Shown here piece after piece: positions 50,449 to 58,836 of a stretch of DNA of 64,000 bases. Positions within the stretch are counted from its first letter, which is position 1. Every line of letters begins with the position of its first letter. The stretch is taken from NCBI GenBank assembly GCA_036503335.1, contig DASXXC010000037.1, positions 782 to 64,781 of the forward strand, given 5' to 3'. The DNA is from Thermoanaerobaculia bacterium. GTDB lineage: Bacteria; Acidobacteriota; Thermoanaerobaculia; Multivoradales; UBA5704. Below the pieces are notes generated by a model. It saw only the letters and a program-made list of their open reading frames with translations, had not been told where the DNA came from and searched no databases. The position numbers and the translations under genes are program-made.

Positions 50449-51683
50449 GCCCGCGCCGGCGCCGGATCACCCGTTTCGCGGCCAGCGGCGTGCTACTGGT
50501 GGCCGTCCTCCTGGGCCTCTGGCTGGCGGCCGGCCGGGCCGGAGCGTCGGGCACCGGCGACTGGGCCGAGGTTCGGCACGAGGACCTGGTGATCGGTGTG
50601 CCGGTGGCGGGTACCCTCTCCTCGGTGCAGTCGGTGCGCATCGGGCCGCCGCAGGTCGCGGAGATCTGGGACTACAAGATCTCCTTCATGGCGCCCGAGG
50701 GGATGCAGGTGAAGGCGGGGCAGCCGGTGCTCGGCTTCGACACCTCGGAGCTGGAGCGCCAGCTCCTCGACAAGCGGGCCGAGCGCGATTCCGCCCAGAA
50801 GGAGCTGGAGAAGAAGCAGACCGATCTGGAGATCGACCGCCGCGACCGCCAGCTCGAGCTCGCCGAGGCCGAGGCCCGCCAGCGCAAGGCCCAGCTCAAG
50901 GTGGACGTGCCGGCCGAGCTGATCGCCTCCAAGGAGCTCGCCAAGTCGCGCGAGGATCTCGATCTGGCCCGCCGCGAGGTCGCCTATCTCAAGGATCGCC
51001 TCCGTCTGGAGGCCGTCGCGGGCTCGACCGAGACCGAGGCCCTGGCCCGCAAGCGCGACCGCGCCGCCGTCCGGGTCCAGGAGATGGAGGATGCCATCCA
51101 GCGCATGACCGTGACCGCCCCTCGCGCCGGCACCGTGGTCTACGTCGCCACCGACGAGGGCGAGAAGAAGAAGGTGGGGGATTCCTGCTGGCGCGGCCAG
51201 TCGGTGATCGAGATCCCCGACCTGCGCAGCATGCAGGCCGAGGGGGACGTCGACGAGGCCGACGCCGGCCGGGTGACCGTGGGGCAGCGGGTGACCTTCC
51301 GCCTCGACGCCCATCCGGACGACGTCTTCTCCGGCCGCGTGCGCGCGGTCGGCGGCTCGGTGCAGAGCCGCTCGGAGCGCAACCCCCTGAAGGTGGTGCG
51401 GCTGGAGATCGATCTCGACCGCACCGACCCGCAGCGGATGCGCCCCGGCATGCGCTTCCTGGGCACCATCGAGACGGAGAGCGTCCGCAAGGCCCTGGTG
51501 GCGCCGCTGGAGGCAGTGTTCAACCGGGCGGAAGGCCCGGTGGTCTACCGCAAGACCGGCTGGCGGAGCGAGGAGGTCCACCCCGAGCTCGGGCGCCGCA
51601 ACGACCGCCTGGTGGAGATCAAGGGCGGCCTCAAGGCCGGGGACCTGGTCTCCCGCCGCGATCTCGCGCAGGAGGGCCGCTGA
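50445..51683 (+). CDS. HlyD/MFP-family periplasmic adaptor 2
   Basis: ATGA overlap with adaptor 1. N-terminal TM anchor (VLLVAVLLGLWLAA), coiled coil, VTAPRAGTVVYV. Only the last 412 codons of track ORF 49200..51683 are taken as real. Confidence 0.8.
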   Translation: MSPRRRRITRFAASGVLLVAVLLGLWLAAGRAGASGTGDWAEVRHEDLVIGVPVAGTLSSVQSVRIGPPQVAEIWDYKISFMAPEGMQVKAGQPVLGFDTSELERQLLDKRAERDSAQKELEKKQTDLEIDRRDRQLELAEAEARQRKAQLKVDVPAELIASKELAKSREDLDLARREVAYLKDRLRLEAVAGSTETEALARKRDRAAVRVQEMEDAIQRMTVTAPRAGTVVYVATDEGEKKKVGDSCWRGQSVIEIPDLRSMQAEGDVDEADAGRVTVGQRVTFRLDAHPDDVFSGRVRAVGGSVQSRSERNPLKVVRLEIDLDRTDPQRMRPGMRFLGTIETESVRKALVAPLEAVFNRAEGPVVYRKTGWRSEEVHPELGRRNDRLVEIKGGLKAGDLVSRRDLAQEGR

Positions 51684-52993
51684 TGAAGGAAAAGGGCAGG
51701 GCCTTCCGGCTGGGTCTGGCCGTGGCGGCGGCGGTGGCGCTGCTGATCGCGCTCGGGGCCTTCCTGCCGCTCTCGCGGCCCGGCGCCGACGTGCCCACCG
51801 TGCGGATCGAGCCGTCGGACCTCGTGCGCAGCGTGCCCGCCCAGGGGGATCTCCGGGCCGTGCACGCCACGCCGATCTCCGTTCCCATGGGACAGGGCCC
51901 TTTCCGCATCGGCTGGCTGGCCCAGGACGGCTCGCTGGTCAAGGCGGGGGACGTGGTCATCCGCTTCGATCCCAGCGCCCTGGAGAAGCGGCTGATCGAC
52001 GCCCAGGACGACCTGCGCTCCGCCCGGCTGGAGATGGAGAAGGAGCAGCTCTCCGGCCTCTCCGAGGTCCGCAAGCTGGAGAAGGACGCCGCCATGGCCC
52101 GCGTCGAGCTGGAGCAGGCGAGCCACTTCCAGAAGAAGGACGCCGAGATCTTCTCGCGCAGCGAGATCATCGAGTCGGACATCGACCAGAAGCTCGCCCA
52201 GGAGAAAGAGACGCACGCCGAGGCCTCGCAGCATACCCACGAGAAGCTCACCGGCACCGAGGTGGCCCTCCTGCAGATCAAGGTCCGGCAGGCCGAGGCC
52301 AAGATCCAGCAGGCCAGGGCCGGACTCCAGGCGCTCTCGGTCACCGCGCCCCACGACGGCGTGCTGATCCTCAAGCGCAACTGGCGGGGGGAGACCACCC
52401 GCGTGGGGGACAACGTCTGGAACGGCCAGCCGCTGGCGGAGATCCCCGACCTCTCGACCATGCAGGCCGAGGTCTACGTGCTGGAGGCGGACGCCGGCGG
52501 CCTCAAGGTGGGCAAGCCGGCCACGGTCACCGTCGAGTCGGCGCCGGGGGTCACCTATCCGGCCAAAATCAAGCGGGTGGACACCCTGGCCAAGCCGCGC
52601 ATCCCCGGCTCGCCGGTGCAGTACTTCGCCGTCACTCTGGCGCTCGACAAGACCGATCCAAAAGTCATGAAGCCGGGCCAGCGGGTGCAGGCGACCCTCC
52701 TGCTCGACCAGCGTAAGGACGCCCTGATGGTCCCCCGGCAGGCGGTCTTCGACCGCGAGGGGCGCTCGGTGGTCTACCGCAAAGGAGCGCGCGGCTTCGA
52801 GCCGGTGGAGGTGAAGCTCGGCACCTCCACCATGGGTCGCATCGTCGTCGAATCCGGGATCTCCAGGGGGGACGTGCTCGCGTTGCGCGATCCCACGCGC
52901 CCGGCCGGGACCCCCGAGGTCAAGCCCAAAAAGCTGTCCGCTCCGCCGCCGCGGGCCCCGCAGGGGGGCGGCATCATGATCACCATCGGATGA
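51683..52993 (+). CDS. HlyD/MFP-family periplasmic adaptor 3
   Basis: TGATG overlap with adaptor 2. N-terminal TM anchor, coiled coil, VTAPHDGVLIL. Paralogous architecture to adaptors 1 and 2. Confidence 0.8.
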   Translation: MKEKGRAFRLGLAVAAAVALLIALGAFLPLSRPGADVPTVRIEPSDLVRSVPAQGDLRAVHATPISVPMGQGPFRIGWLAQDGSLVKAGDVVIRFDPSALEKRLIDAQDDLRSARLEMEKEQLSGLSEVRKLEKDAAMARVELEQASHFQKKDAEIFSRSEIIESDIDQKLAQEKETHAEASQHTHEKLTGTEVALLQIKVRQAEAKIQQARAGLQALSVTAPHDGVLILKRNWRGETTRVGDNVWNGQPLAEIPDLSTMQAEVYVLEADAGGLKVGKPATVTVESAPGVTYPAKIKRVDTLAKPRIPGSPVQYFAVTLALDKTDPKVMKPGQRVQATLLLDQRKDALMVPRQAVFDREGRSVVYRKGARGFEPVEVKLGTSTMGRIVVESGISRGDVLALRDPTRPAGTPEVKPKKLSAPPPRAPQGGGIMITIG

Positions 52994-53000
52994 CGCCCGA

Positions 53001-54305
53001 ATGACACCCCAAGAGGCCTTCCGCTCGGCGCTGGACAACCTGGCGGCGCACAAGCTGCGCTCGGCGCTGACCATGCTCGGCATGATCTTCGGCGTCGGCG
53101 CCGTGATCGCCATGATGTCGATCGGCGCCGGGGCCGAGCGCCAGGCCCTGGCCTCGATCGAGCGGCTGGGGCTGCGCAATGTGATCGTGCGCGCCAAGAC
53201 CTTCAAGGACGACGAGCTGCGCGAGATCCGCCAGCAGTCGCTCGGCGTCTCCCAGCGCGACGCCGCCGCCATCGCCGAGGCGGTCCCCGGGGTCGACCTG
53301 GTGGTGCCGCGCATCCACATCGACCCCTACAAGGTGATCTCCCCTTCCGGCAAGACCGACGGCGCCGCCGTCTACGGGGTCACCCCCCGCTACGGCGAGC
53401 TGGCCCACCTGGCCCTGGCCGAGGGGCGCTTCCTCGATCCGCTCGACGAGAGCACCCACGCCCAGGTCTGCGTGATCGGCCCGGAGGTGCGGCGCGACCT
53501 CTTCGGCTACGGCCAGGCGCTGGGAGGCCTGGTGAAGGTCAACGACGTCTGGCTGGAGGTGGTGGGCGTGCTGGCCGCCGACGCCGCTCCAGCGGCCACG
53601 GCGACCGGCTCCGGCGCGGGCGCCGCCGGGAAGGGGAGCGAGGGGGGAGCGGACGCCTCGGCCTCGTCTGCTGGCGGCGCCGCGGGCCCGTCCTCGCGCG
53701 AGATCTACCTCCCGCTCTCCACCGCCGACCGCAAATTCGAGCACCCGGTCCTCGCCTCGCCGCTCGACGAGATCGTCGTCCGTCTGAAGGACGGGGCGAG
53801 CGGCGAGGAGACGGCCGGCGTGATGCGCGACCTCCTGGACCGGCTGCACGCCGGCATGGGGGATTACGAGCTGGTGGTCCCCGAGGCGCTGCTGGCCGAG
53901 AGCCGGCGCACCCAGCGGCTGTTCAACGTGGTGATGGGGGCGATCGCCGGCATCTCCCTGCTGGTGGGAGGGATCGGCATCATGAACATCATGCTGGCCA
54001 CGGTGCTGGAGCGCACCCGCGAGATCGGCGTCCGCCGGGCGGTGGGCGCGCGGCGCGGGGACATCCGCTTCCAGTTCATCGTCGAGTCCTTCGCCATCAG
54101 CCTGATCGGCGGTGTCGCGGGCATCGTGGCCGGCCTGGCCCTGGCCCGCGGGGTCGCCGCCTACGCCGGCTGGCAGACTATCGTCACCGGCGCCTCCATC
54201 CTCCTCGCCACCGGCGTCGCCATGACGGTCGGCCTCGCCTCCGGGATCTACCCCGCCACCCGGGCGGCCTCGCTCGATCCGATCGAGGCGCTGCGGTACG
54301 AGTGA
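53001..54305 (+). CDS. MacB/FtsX-type ABC transporter permease (MacB periplasmic domain plus FtsX 4-TM), no fused ATPase
   Basis: N-terminal LRSALTMLGMIFGVGAVIAM, C-terminal GIMNIMLATVLERTREIGVRRAVGARRGDI...GIYPATRAASLDPIEALRYE. No Walker A or LSGGQ anywhere in the ORF. A Gly/Ala/Ser-rich insert lies in the periplasmic domain. Confidence 0.8.
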   Translation: MTPQEAFRSALDNLAAHKLRSALTMLGMIFGVGAVIAMMSIGAGAERQALASIERLGLRNVIVRAKTFKDDELREIRQQSLGVSQRDAAAIAEAVPGVDLVVPRIHIDPYKVISPSGKTDGAAVYGVTPRYGELAHLALAEGRFLDPLDESTHAQVCVIGPEVRRDLFGYGQALGGLVKVNDVWLEVVGVLAADAAPAATATGSGAGAAGKGSEGGADASASSAGGAAGPSSREIYLPLSTADRKFEHPVLASPLDEIVVRLKDGASGEETAGVMRDLLDRLHAGMGDYELVVPEALLAESRRTQRLFNVVMGAIAGISLLVGGIGIMNIMLATVLERTREIGVRRAVGARRGDIRFQFIVESFAISLIGGVAGIVAGLALARGVAAYAGWQTIVTGASILLATGVAMTVGLASGIYPATRAASLDPIEALRYE

Positions 54306-54395
54306 AAAGCTCCCTTTCGTCCGTCCTTTAGTAACATAGGCCGCGCTACTCGCGCCTAAGTTGCTGCGGGGGCCTGCCGCCCCCGGGGAGCCTCC

Positions 54396-57300
54396 GTGAA
54401 CAAGATGTCTCCATTCCTCCTGCTCGTCCTGGGCCTGCTGGCCGGCTTTCCCGCCGCCCGGCTGGTGACCGGGCCGTCGGAGAGCGCCAAACCGGCGGCG
54501 AAGACAGAGCCGGCGAAGCCGCCCGAGCCGCCCAAGACGGAGCCCCCGGTTTCCAGGGACCGGGAGGCGCTCCAGCAGGAGGTCTGCAAACCGCCGGCCG
54601 GAGACCCGAAAGCCAGGAGCGCGGGGAGCGGCGATCCCGACGCGGTGTATCCCTGGTGCATGCCGGTCCGCCTGCTGCGCCAGTTCTTCAGCCTCGCTCC
54701 CGACGTGGAGAAGCCGCGCGGCGCGAGCCTGGGGGAGATCGTGGAGCGGGCGAAATTGACCCGGTACGACCTGCGCTTCATGGTCGCCCTGGTGCCGGCG
54801 CTGCCCGATCCCCGTATGGACCAGGCGCTGGACGGGATTCAGAGAGGGTTCGCCAACTTCAAGAACCGCCGTTCCGGCGGCTCTCCCCCCGTCTCCTATC
54901 TGCTCGACCGCGCCTGGCTCCCCTGGGCGAGCACCGGGGACAAGGCCGGGGCTCCCGCCCAGACCGCGGTGCCCGGAGTCCTCCTCTTCCGCGGCAGCAA
55001 CCCCCGGGCCCTGGAGATGGTCTTCCTGGTCCCGGAGACGTCCAAGATGGGTATCCAGAAAGACGCCTTCCGGGAGGCGCTCAGCCTGATCGCGGACCTT
55101 CAGGAGGCCGCCCTCTCGCCGCAGGTCGCGATCCTCGGCCCCTCGTACTCCGGCTCGGTCGAGTCGCTCCGCCAGGCCCTGCTGGGCTGGCAGAAGAAGG
55201 ACCGGCCTGATGCTTCGCTCACGTTCCGGGCCGCCTCGGGGTCCACCACGGCGGAGGATCTGGAGACCGTCTTCGACGAGCTTCAGGTGCCTTTCTGCCG
55301 CGCGGCTCTGCCGGATTCCGCGCTGCTGAAACGGACCTTCGATTTCCTGAGCCAGGAGATGGGCTGGAATCTTCGCAGGGTCGGCCTGCTGATCGAGGAC
55401 GACACCCGCTACGGACAGAGCTTCGCCGATCCCTTCGCCGATCCGGAGCGCAAGGAGAGGCCGGTTCTGTTCACTTTTCCCAGCCATCTCGCCGACCTGC
55501 GCAATGCCTGGGAAGACCTGCAGAAGCAGGAGAAGACGGAGGGCAATCCCGTCCAGCCCGCCCGCCGCGCCCTGGGACTGGACCTCTCCGGCCAGGAGCG
55601 GGAGGCGGACCTGGTGCCCACCTTCAGCTCGACGACCATCGCCGGCAACGACCTGCTGTTCTCGAACCTCTTGCAGACGATCGCGCGGGAGGGGATCCGC
55701 TACGTCGGCATCGTGGCGACCGATCCCAAGGACAAGCTGTTCCTGGCGGAGAAGCTCCGGCAATTGGCCCCCGACGTGGTCCTGTTCACGTTCGACAACA
55801 ACCTGCTCTACGCCCATCCGGACTACGTCGAAGAGATGGGCGGCATGCTGGTCCTGTCGAGCTACCCGCTGTTCACGGAGGGCTCGCCCGGATTCCCGCG
55901 GCTGAGGGCCGGAAACGGGAGCGGGAAGCAGCGGTACCGCTTCGGCGGCCAGCGGCGGCAGTTCGGCAGCGAATACCAGGAGGGGGTCTACCAGGCGACA
56001 AAGTATCTGTTGGGCTCCACGTCCGTGCCGGACCCGCGGGCATGGATCGCCGCGGTCGGCAACGGCTCCCTCTGGCCGGTCGCCCAACTGCCGGTCGATC
56101 CCAACAATCTGGGCACCGCGCGGTTCTGCGGGCATGAGCCGGATCCGAAGGCAGCCGTCAAGAAGGTGGCCACCGCTCCCATGCGGGACGGCTTCGACGA
56201 GAAGGACGACGTGCAGATCCTGCTGGTGGCCGCGCTGTTCTGCCTGCTGGCGGTCGGGCTGCGCCGCGCCGCCCTGCTGGAGGAGATCCCCGGGAGCCCG
56301 GTCGATCCCGACGACGGCCGGCCGATCCACGACGTGCGCGGCAATCGCGCCCTGCTGGCCCTCGGGGCCGGCTTGCTGGCGGCGGCGGCGGGTGTCCTGC
56401 TGGCCGTTGCCGCCATCCCGCTGTGGTTCGCGAGGCAGGCCGCGATCGAGTCCCTCGGGGAGCGCCCCTCGCACGCGGTCTACCTGGTGATCCTGGCCCT
56501 CGCCTATGGGTGGCTGGTGTGGAACGCCGCGCGGGCGGTCCATGGAGAGCGCCCGGGCCTCAAGGCGTTCGCGCTCTGGATGACCGGCGCCCTGGCGGCG
56601 TTCACGCTGCTGATCCTCGCCGTCTTCTGGCTCTGTGTGCCGGGCGATCAGACGCAGCTCTTCTACCTGCGCGTGCGGGCTTTCTCCAGCGGGCTGTCGC
56701 CGCTGGTGCCCCTGGCAGTTGTGGGGGTCGCGATCTACTTCTGGATCTGGAGCGAGCTGAAGCGGCGGCGGCTGATGGTCCGCCTGGCGTCCGATTGCCC
56801 GCTCGAATCGCTCGGCGATCCGGCGGTCCGGGGGTACGAGCCGATGATGCGGGCGCTCCGCCATCTCCTGACCCGGACCTGGCCCCGGCGGCTCGCGGCC
56901 GGCGAGACGCCCCCGTGGATCCTCCCCGCGATCGCCTTCGGGCCTCCCGCCATCCTGCTCTGGGGGACCGTGCAGCCGATCGGCGAGGCACGCCCCTTCG
57001 GCCGCCTGTTCGTCCTGCTCGTCCTCATCGCCTACGCGCTGAGCACCCTCTCCTTCTACCGCTTCGTCCGCCTCTGGTGGGAGACCCGGCGCGTCCTCCA
57101 CCGGCTGGACAACGCCTCGCCCGAGGTGACGGGCGCGTTCGAGGCGATCGCCAAGGATCTCGACTGGCGGCCGATCAAATCGTTCGGCTGGCGCATCCCC
57201 CCCTTCCGCTCCCTGATGCTCTCGATCCATAAGCTGCGGGAGCTGGCCGCCGTGGGCAAGGTCGCGATCGCCGGCGGTCCGGTTGCCTTGGAGACCGCGC

Positions 57301-57833
57301 TCCAGGGGATGTTCGAGGGCGAGCAGAGCGAGGGCTCCGTCCAGGAGATCGAGAACCGGAACAAGCTGGAGAGGATCCTCTCCCAGGCCTGTATCGCTCT
57401 GAGCTCCCACGTCGAGGATCCTGAGGTCAGGAAATTCCTGGCGCTGCGAGTGGCGTCCTATCTACGCTTCGTCTTCGCCCACCTGCGGAGCTGCCTCATC
57501 GCGGCCCTCACCTCCGGGCTGCTAGCCCTGATCGCCGTCACCCTCTACGCCTTCGAGCCGAAGCACTTCGTCTCCCTGGGCGGCTGGCTGGCGCTGGCTC
57601 TGGAGGTGGTGCTGACGCTCTGGATCTTCCTCCAGATGGACCGCAACCCCACGCTGAGCCGGATCGGCGGCACCACACCGGGGCAGGTGACGTTCGACAC
57701 CGCCTTCGTCACCAAGCTCGTCACCTACGCCGGCATCCCCATCCTCGGCCTGGTCGCCACCCAGTTCCCCGAGGTGGGCCTGCTGCTGGGGCGCGTGGTC
57801 AGCCAGTTCCTGCGGATCGTGGGCGGCGGGTAG
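54396..57833 (+). CDS. large hypothetical membrane protein (1145 aa): N-terminal anchor, Pro-rich linker, periplasmic-binding-protein-like domain, polytopic C-terminal half
   Basis: GTG 54396 (or ATG 54405). KPAAKTEPAKPPEPPKTEPP linker. RVGLLIEDDTRYG and YVGIVATDPKDKLFL resemble a type-1 PBP fold. At least 8 hydrophobic helices lie in the last ~550 aa. No family name recognised. Confidence 0.6.
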   Translation: MNKMSPFLLLVLGLLAGFPAARLVTGPSESAKPAAKTEPAKPPEPPKTEPPVSRDREALQQEVCKPPAGDPKARSAGSGDPDAVYPWCMPVRLLRQFFSLAPDVEKPRGASLGEIVERAKLTRYDLRFMVALVPALPDPRMDQALDGIQRGFANFKNRRSGGSPPVSYLLDRAWLPWASTGDKAGAPAQTAVPGVLLFRGSNPRALEMVFLVPETSKMGIQKDAFREALSLIADLQEAALSPQVAILGPSYSGSVESLRQALLGWQKKDRPDASLTFRAASGSTTAEDLETVFDELQVPFCRAALPDSALLKRTFDFLSQEMGWNLRRVGLLIEDDTRYGQSFADPFADPERKERPVLFTFPSHLADLRNAWEDLQKQEKTEGNPVQPARRALGLDLSGQEREADLVPTFSSTTIAGNDLLFSNLLQTIAREGIRYVGIVATDPKDKLFLAEKLRQLAPDVVLFTFDNNLLYAHPDYVEEMGGMLVLSSYPLFTEGSPGFPRLRAGNGSGKQRYRFGGQRRQFGSEYQEGVYQATKYLLGSTSVPDPRAWIAAVGNGSLWPVAQLPVDPNNLGTARFCGHEPDPKAAVKKVATAPMRDGFDEKDDVQILLVAALFCLLAVGLRRAALLEEIPGSPVDPDDGRPIHDVRGNRALLALGAGLLAAAAGVLLAVAAIPLWFARQAAIESLGERPSHAVYLVILALAYGWLVWNAARAVHGERPGLKAFALWMTGALAAFTLLILAVFWLCVPGDQTQLFYLRVRAFSSGLSPLVPLAVVGVAIYFWIWSELKRRRLMVRLASDCPLESLGDPAVRGYEPMMRALRHLLTRTWPRRLAAGETPPWILPAIAFGPPAILLWGTVQPIGEARPFGRLFVLLVLIAYALSTLSFYRFVRLWWETRRVLHRLDNASPEVTGAFEAIAKDLDWRPIKSFGWRIPPFRSLMLSIHKLRELAAVGKVAIAGGPVALETALQGMFEGEQSEGSVQEIENRNKLERILSQACIALSSHVEDPEVRKFLALRVASYLRFVFAHLRSCLIAALTSGLLALIAVTLYAFEPKHFVSLGGWLALALEVVLTLWIFLQMDRNPTLSRIGGTTPGQVTFDTAFVTKLVTYAGIPILGLVATQFPEVGLLLGRVVSQFLRIVGGG

Positions 57834-57882
57834 GCCATGCTAAAGTGCCTCCCGCGGTTTTGAATCCCAAGGAGGTTTTGCG

Positions 57883-58809
57883 ATGAAGAGAGCGACGTGC
57901 GTCCGGCTCCTCGCCGGGCTTGCCCTGATGTCCCTTCCGGCGATGGCGCAGCAGCAGGACTTCTCGAAGGTCGAGATCAAGGTGATCCCCGCCGCCGGCA
58001 ACATCTACATGCTGGAAGGGGCCGGGGGCAACATCGGGGTGTCCGCGGGGAGCGACGGCATCCTGATCATCGACGATCAGTTCGCGCCACTGGCGGAGAA
58101 GATCCGCGCGGCCCTGAAGGGCATCAACCAGGGCAAGCTCAAATTCGTGCTCAACACCCACTTCCACGCCGACCACACGGGGGGCAACCCCGATTTCGGG
58201 ACCGAGGCGACGATCGTCGCCCAGGATAACGTGCGCAAGCGGCTGGCGGCCGGCTCGGACATCCACGGCCTGAAGACCCCGCCGATGACGGGGCCGGGCC
58301 TGCCGGTGATCACCTTCCAGGACTCGGTCACCGTCTACTTCAACGGCGAGGAGATCCGGGTCATCCACTACCCCCACGGCCACACGGACGGCGACAGCGT
58401 GATCTTCTTCACCAAGTCGAACGTGGTGCACATGGGGGACGACTTCTTCGCCGGCCGCTTCCCGTTCGTCGATCTGGAGAGCGGCGGCAGCGTGCAGGGG
58501 GTGACCGCCGGGGTGGAGAAGGTGCTCGCCCAGATCCCGGCCGACGCCAAGGTGATCCCCGGCCACGGCCCGCTCTCGACCGTCAACGATCTCAAGGCCT
58601 ACCACCACATGCTGGTCGCGACGACGGAGATCGTCCAGAAGCAGATGAAGGCCAAGAAGACCCTGGCGCAGATCAAGGCCGCGGGGCTCCCCGCCGAATG
58701 GAAGGAGTGGGGGAGCGGCTTCATCAAGACCGACGATTGGATCGAGACGATCTACAACAGCCTGACCCAGAAGATGCCGGATCACCCAGTGAATACGAAG
58801 CACCACTGA
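57883..58809 (+). CDS. secreted MBL-fold metallo-hydrolase
   Basis: GGAGG Shine-Dalgarno, signal peptide and the HFHADHTGGN (HxHxDH) motif. Confidence 0.8.
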   Translation: MKRATCVRLLAGLALMSLPAMAQQQDFSKVEIKVIPAAGNIYMLEGAGGNIGVSAGSDGILIIDDQFAPLAEKIRAALKGINQGKLKFVLNTHFHADHTGGNPDFGTEATIVAQDNVRKRLAAGSDIHGLKTPPMTGPGLPVITFQDSVTVYFNGEEIRVIHYPHGHTDGDSVIFFTKSNVVHMGDDFFAGRFPFVDLESGGSVQGVTAGVEKVLAQIPADAKVIPGHGPLSTVNDLKAYHHMLVATTEIVQKQMKAKKTLAQIKAAGLPAEWKEWGSGFIKTDDWIETIYNSLTQKMPDHPVNTKHH

Positions 58810-58836
58810 ACCCGGCATCTCCCTCCGCCGGTTCCG

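Noticed and set aside
52980-57410. 1476-aa minus-strand ORF
   Set aside because: It is antisense to the permease gene and the 1145-aa membrane-protein gene. Low-complexity Arg/Gly/Glu-rich translation with no motifs.
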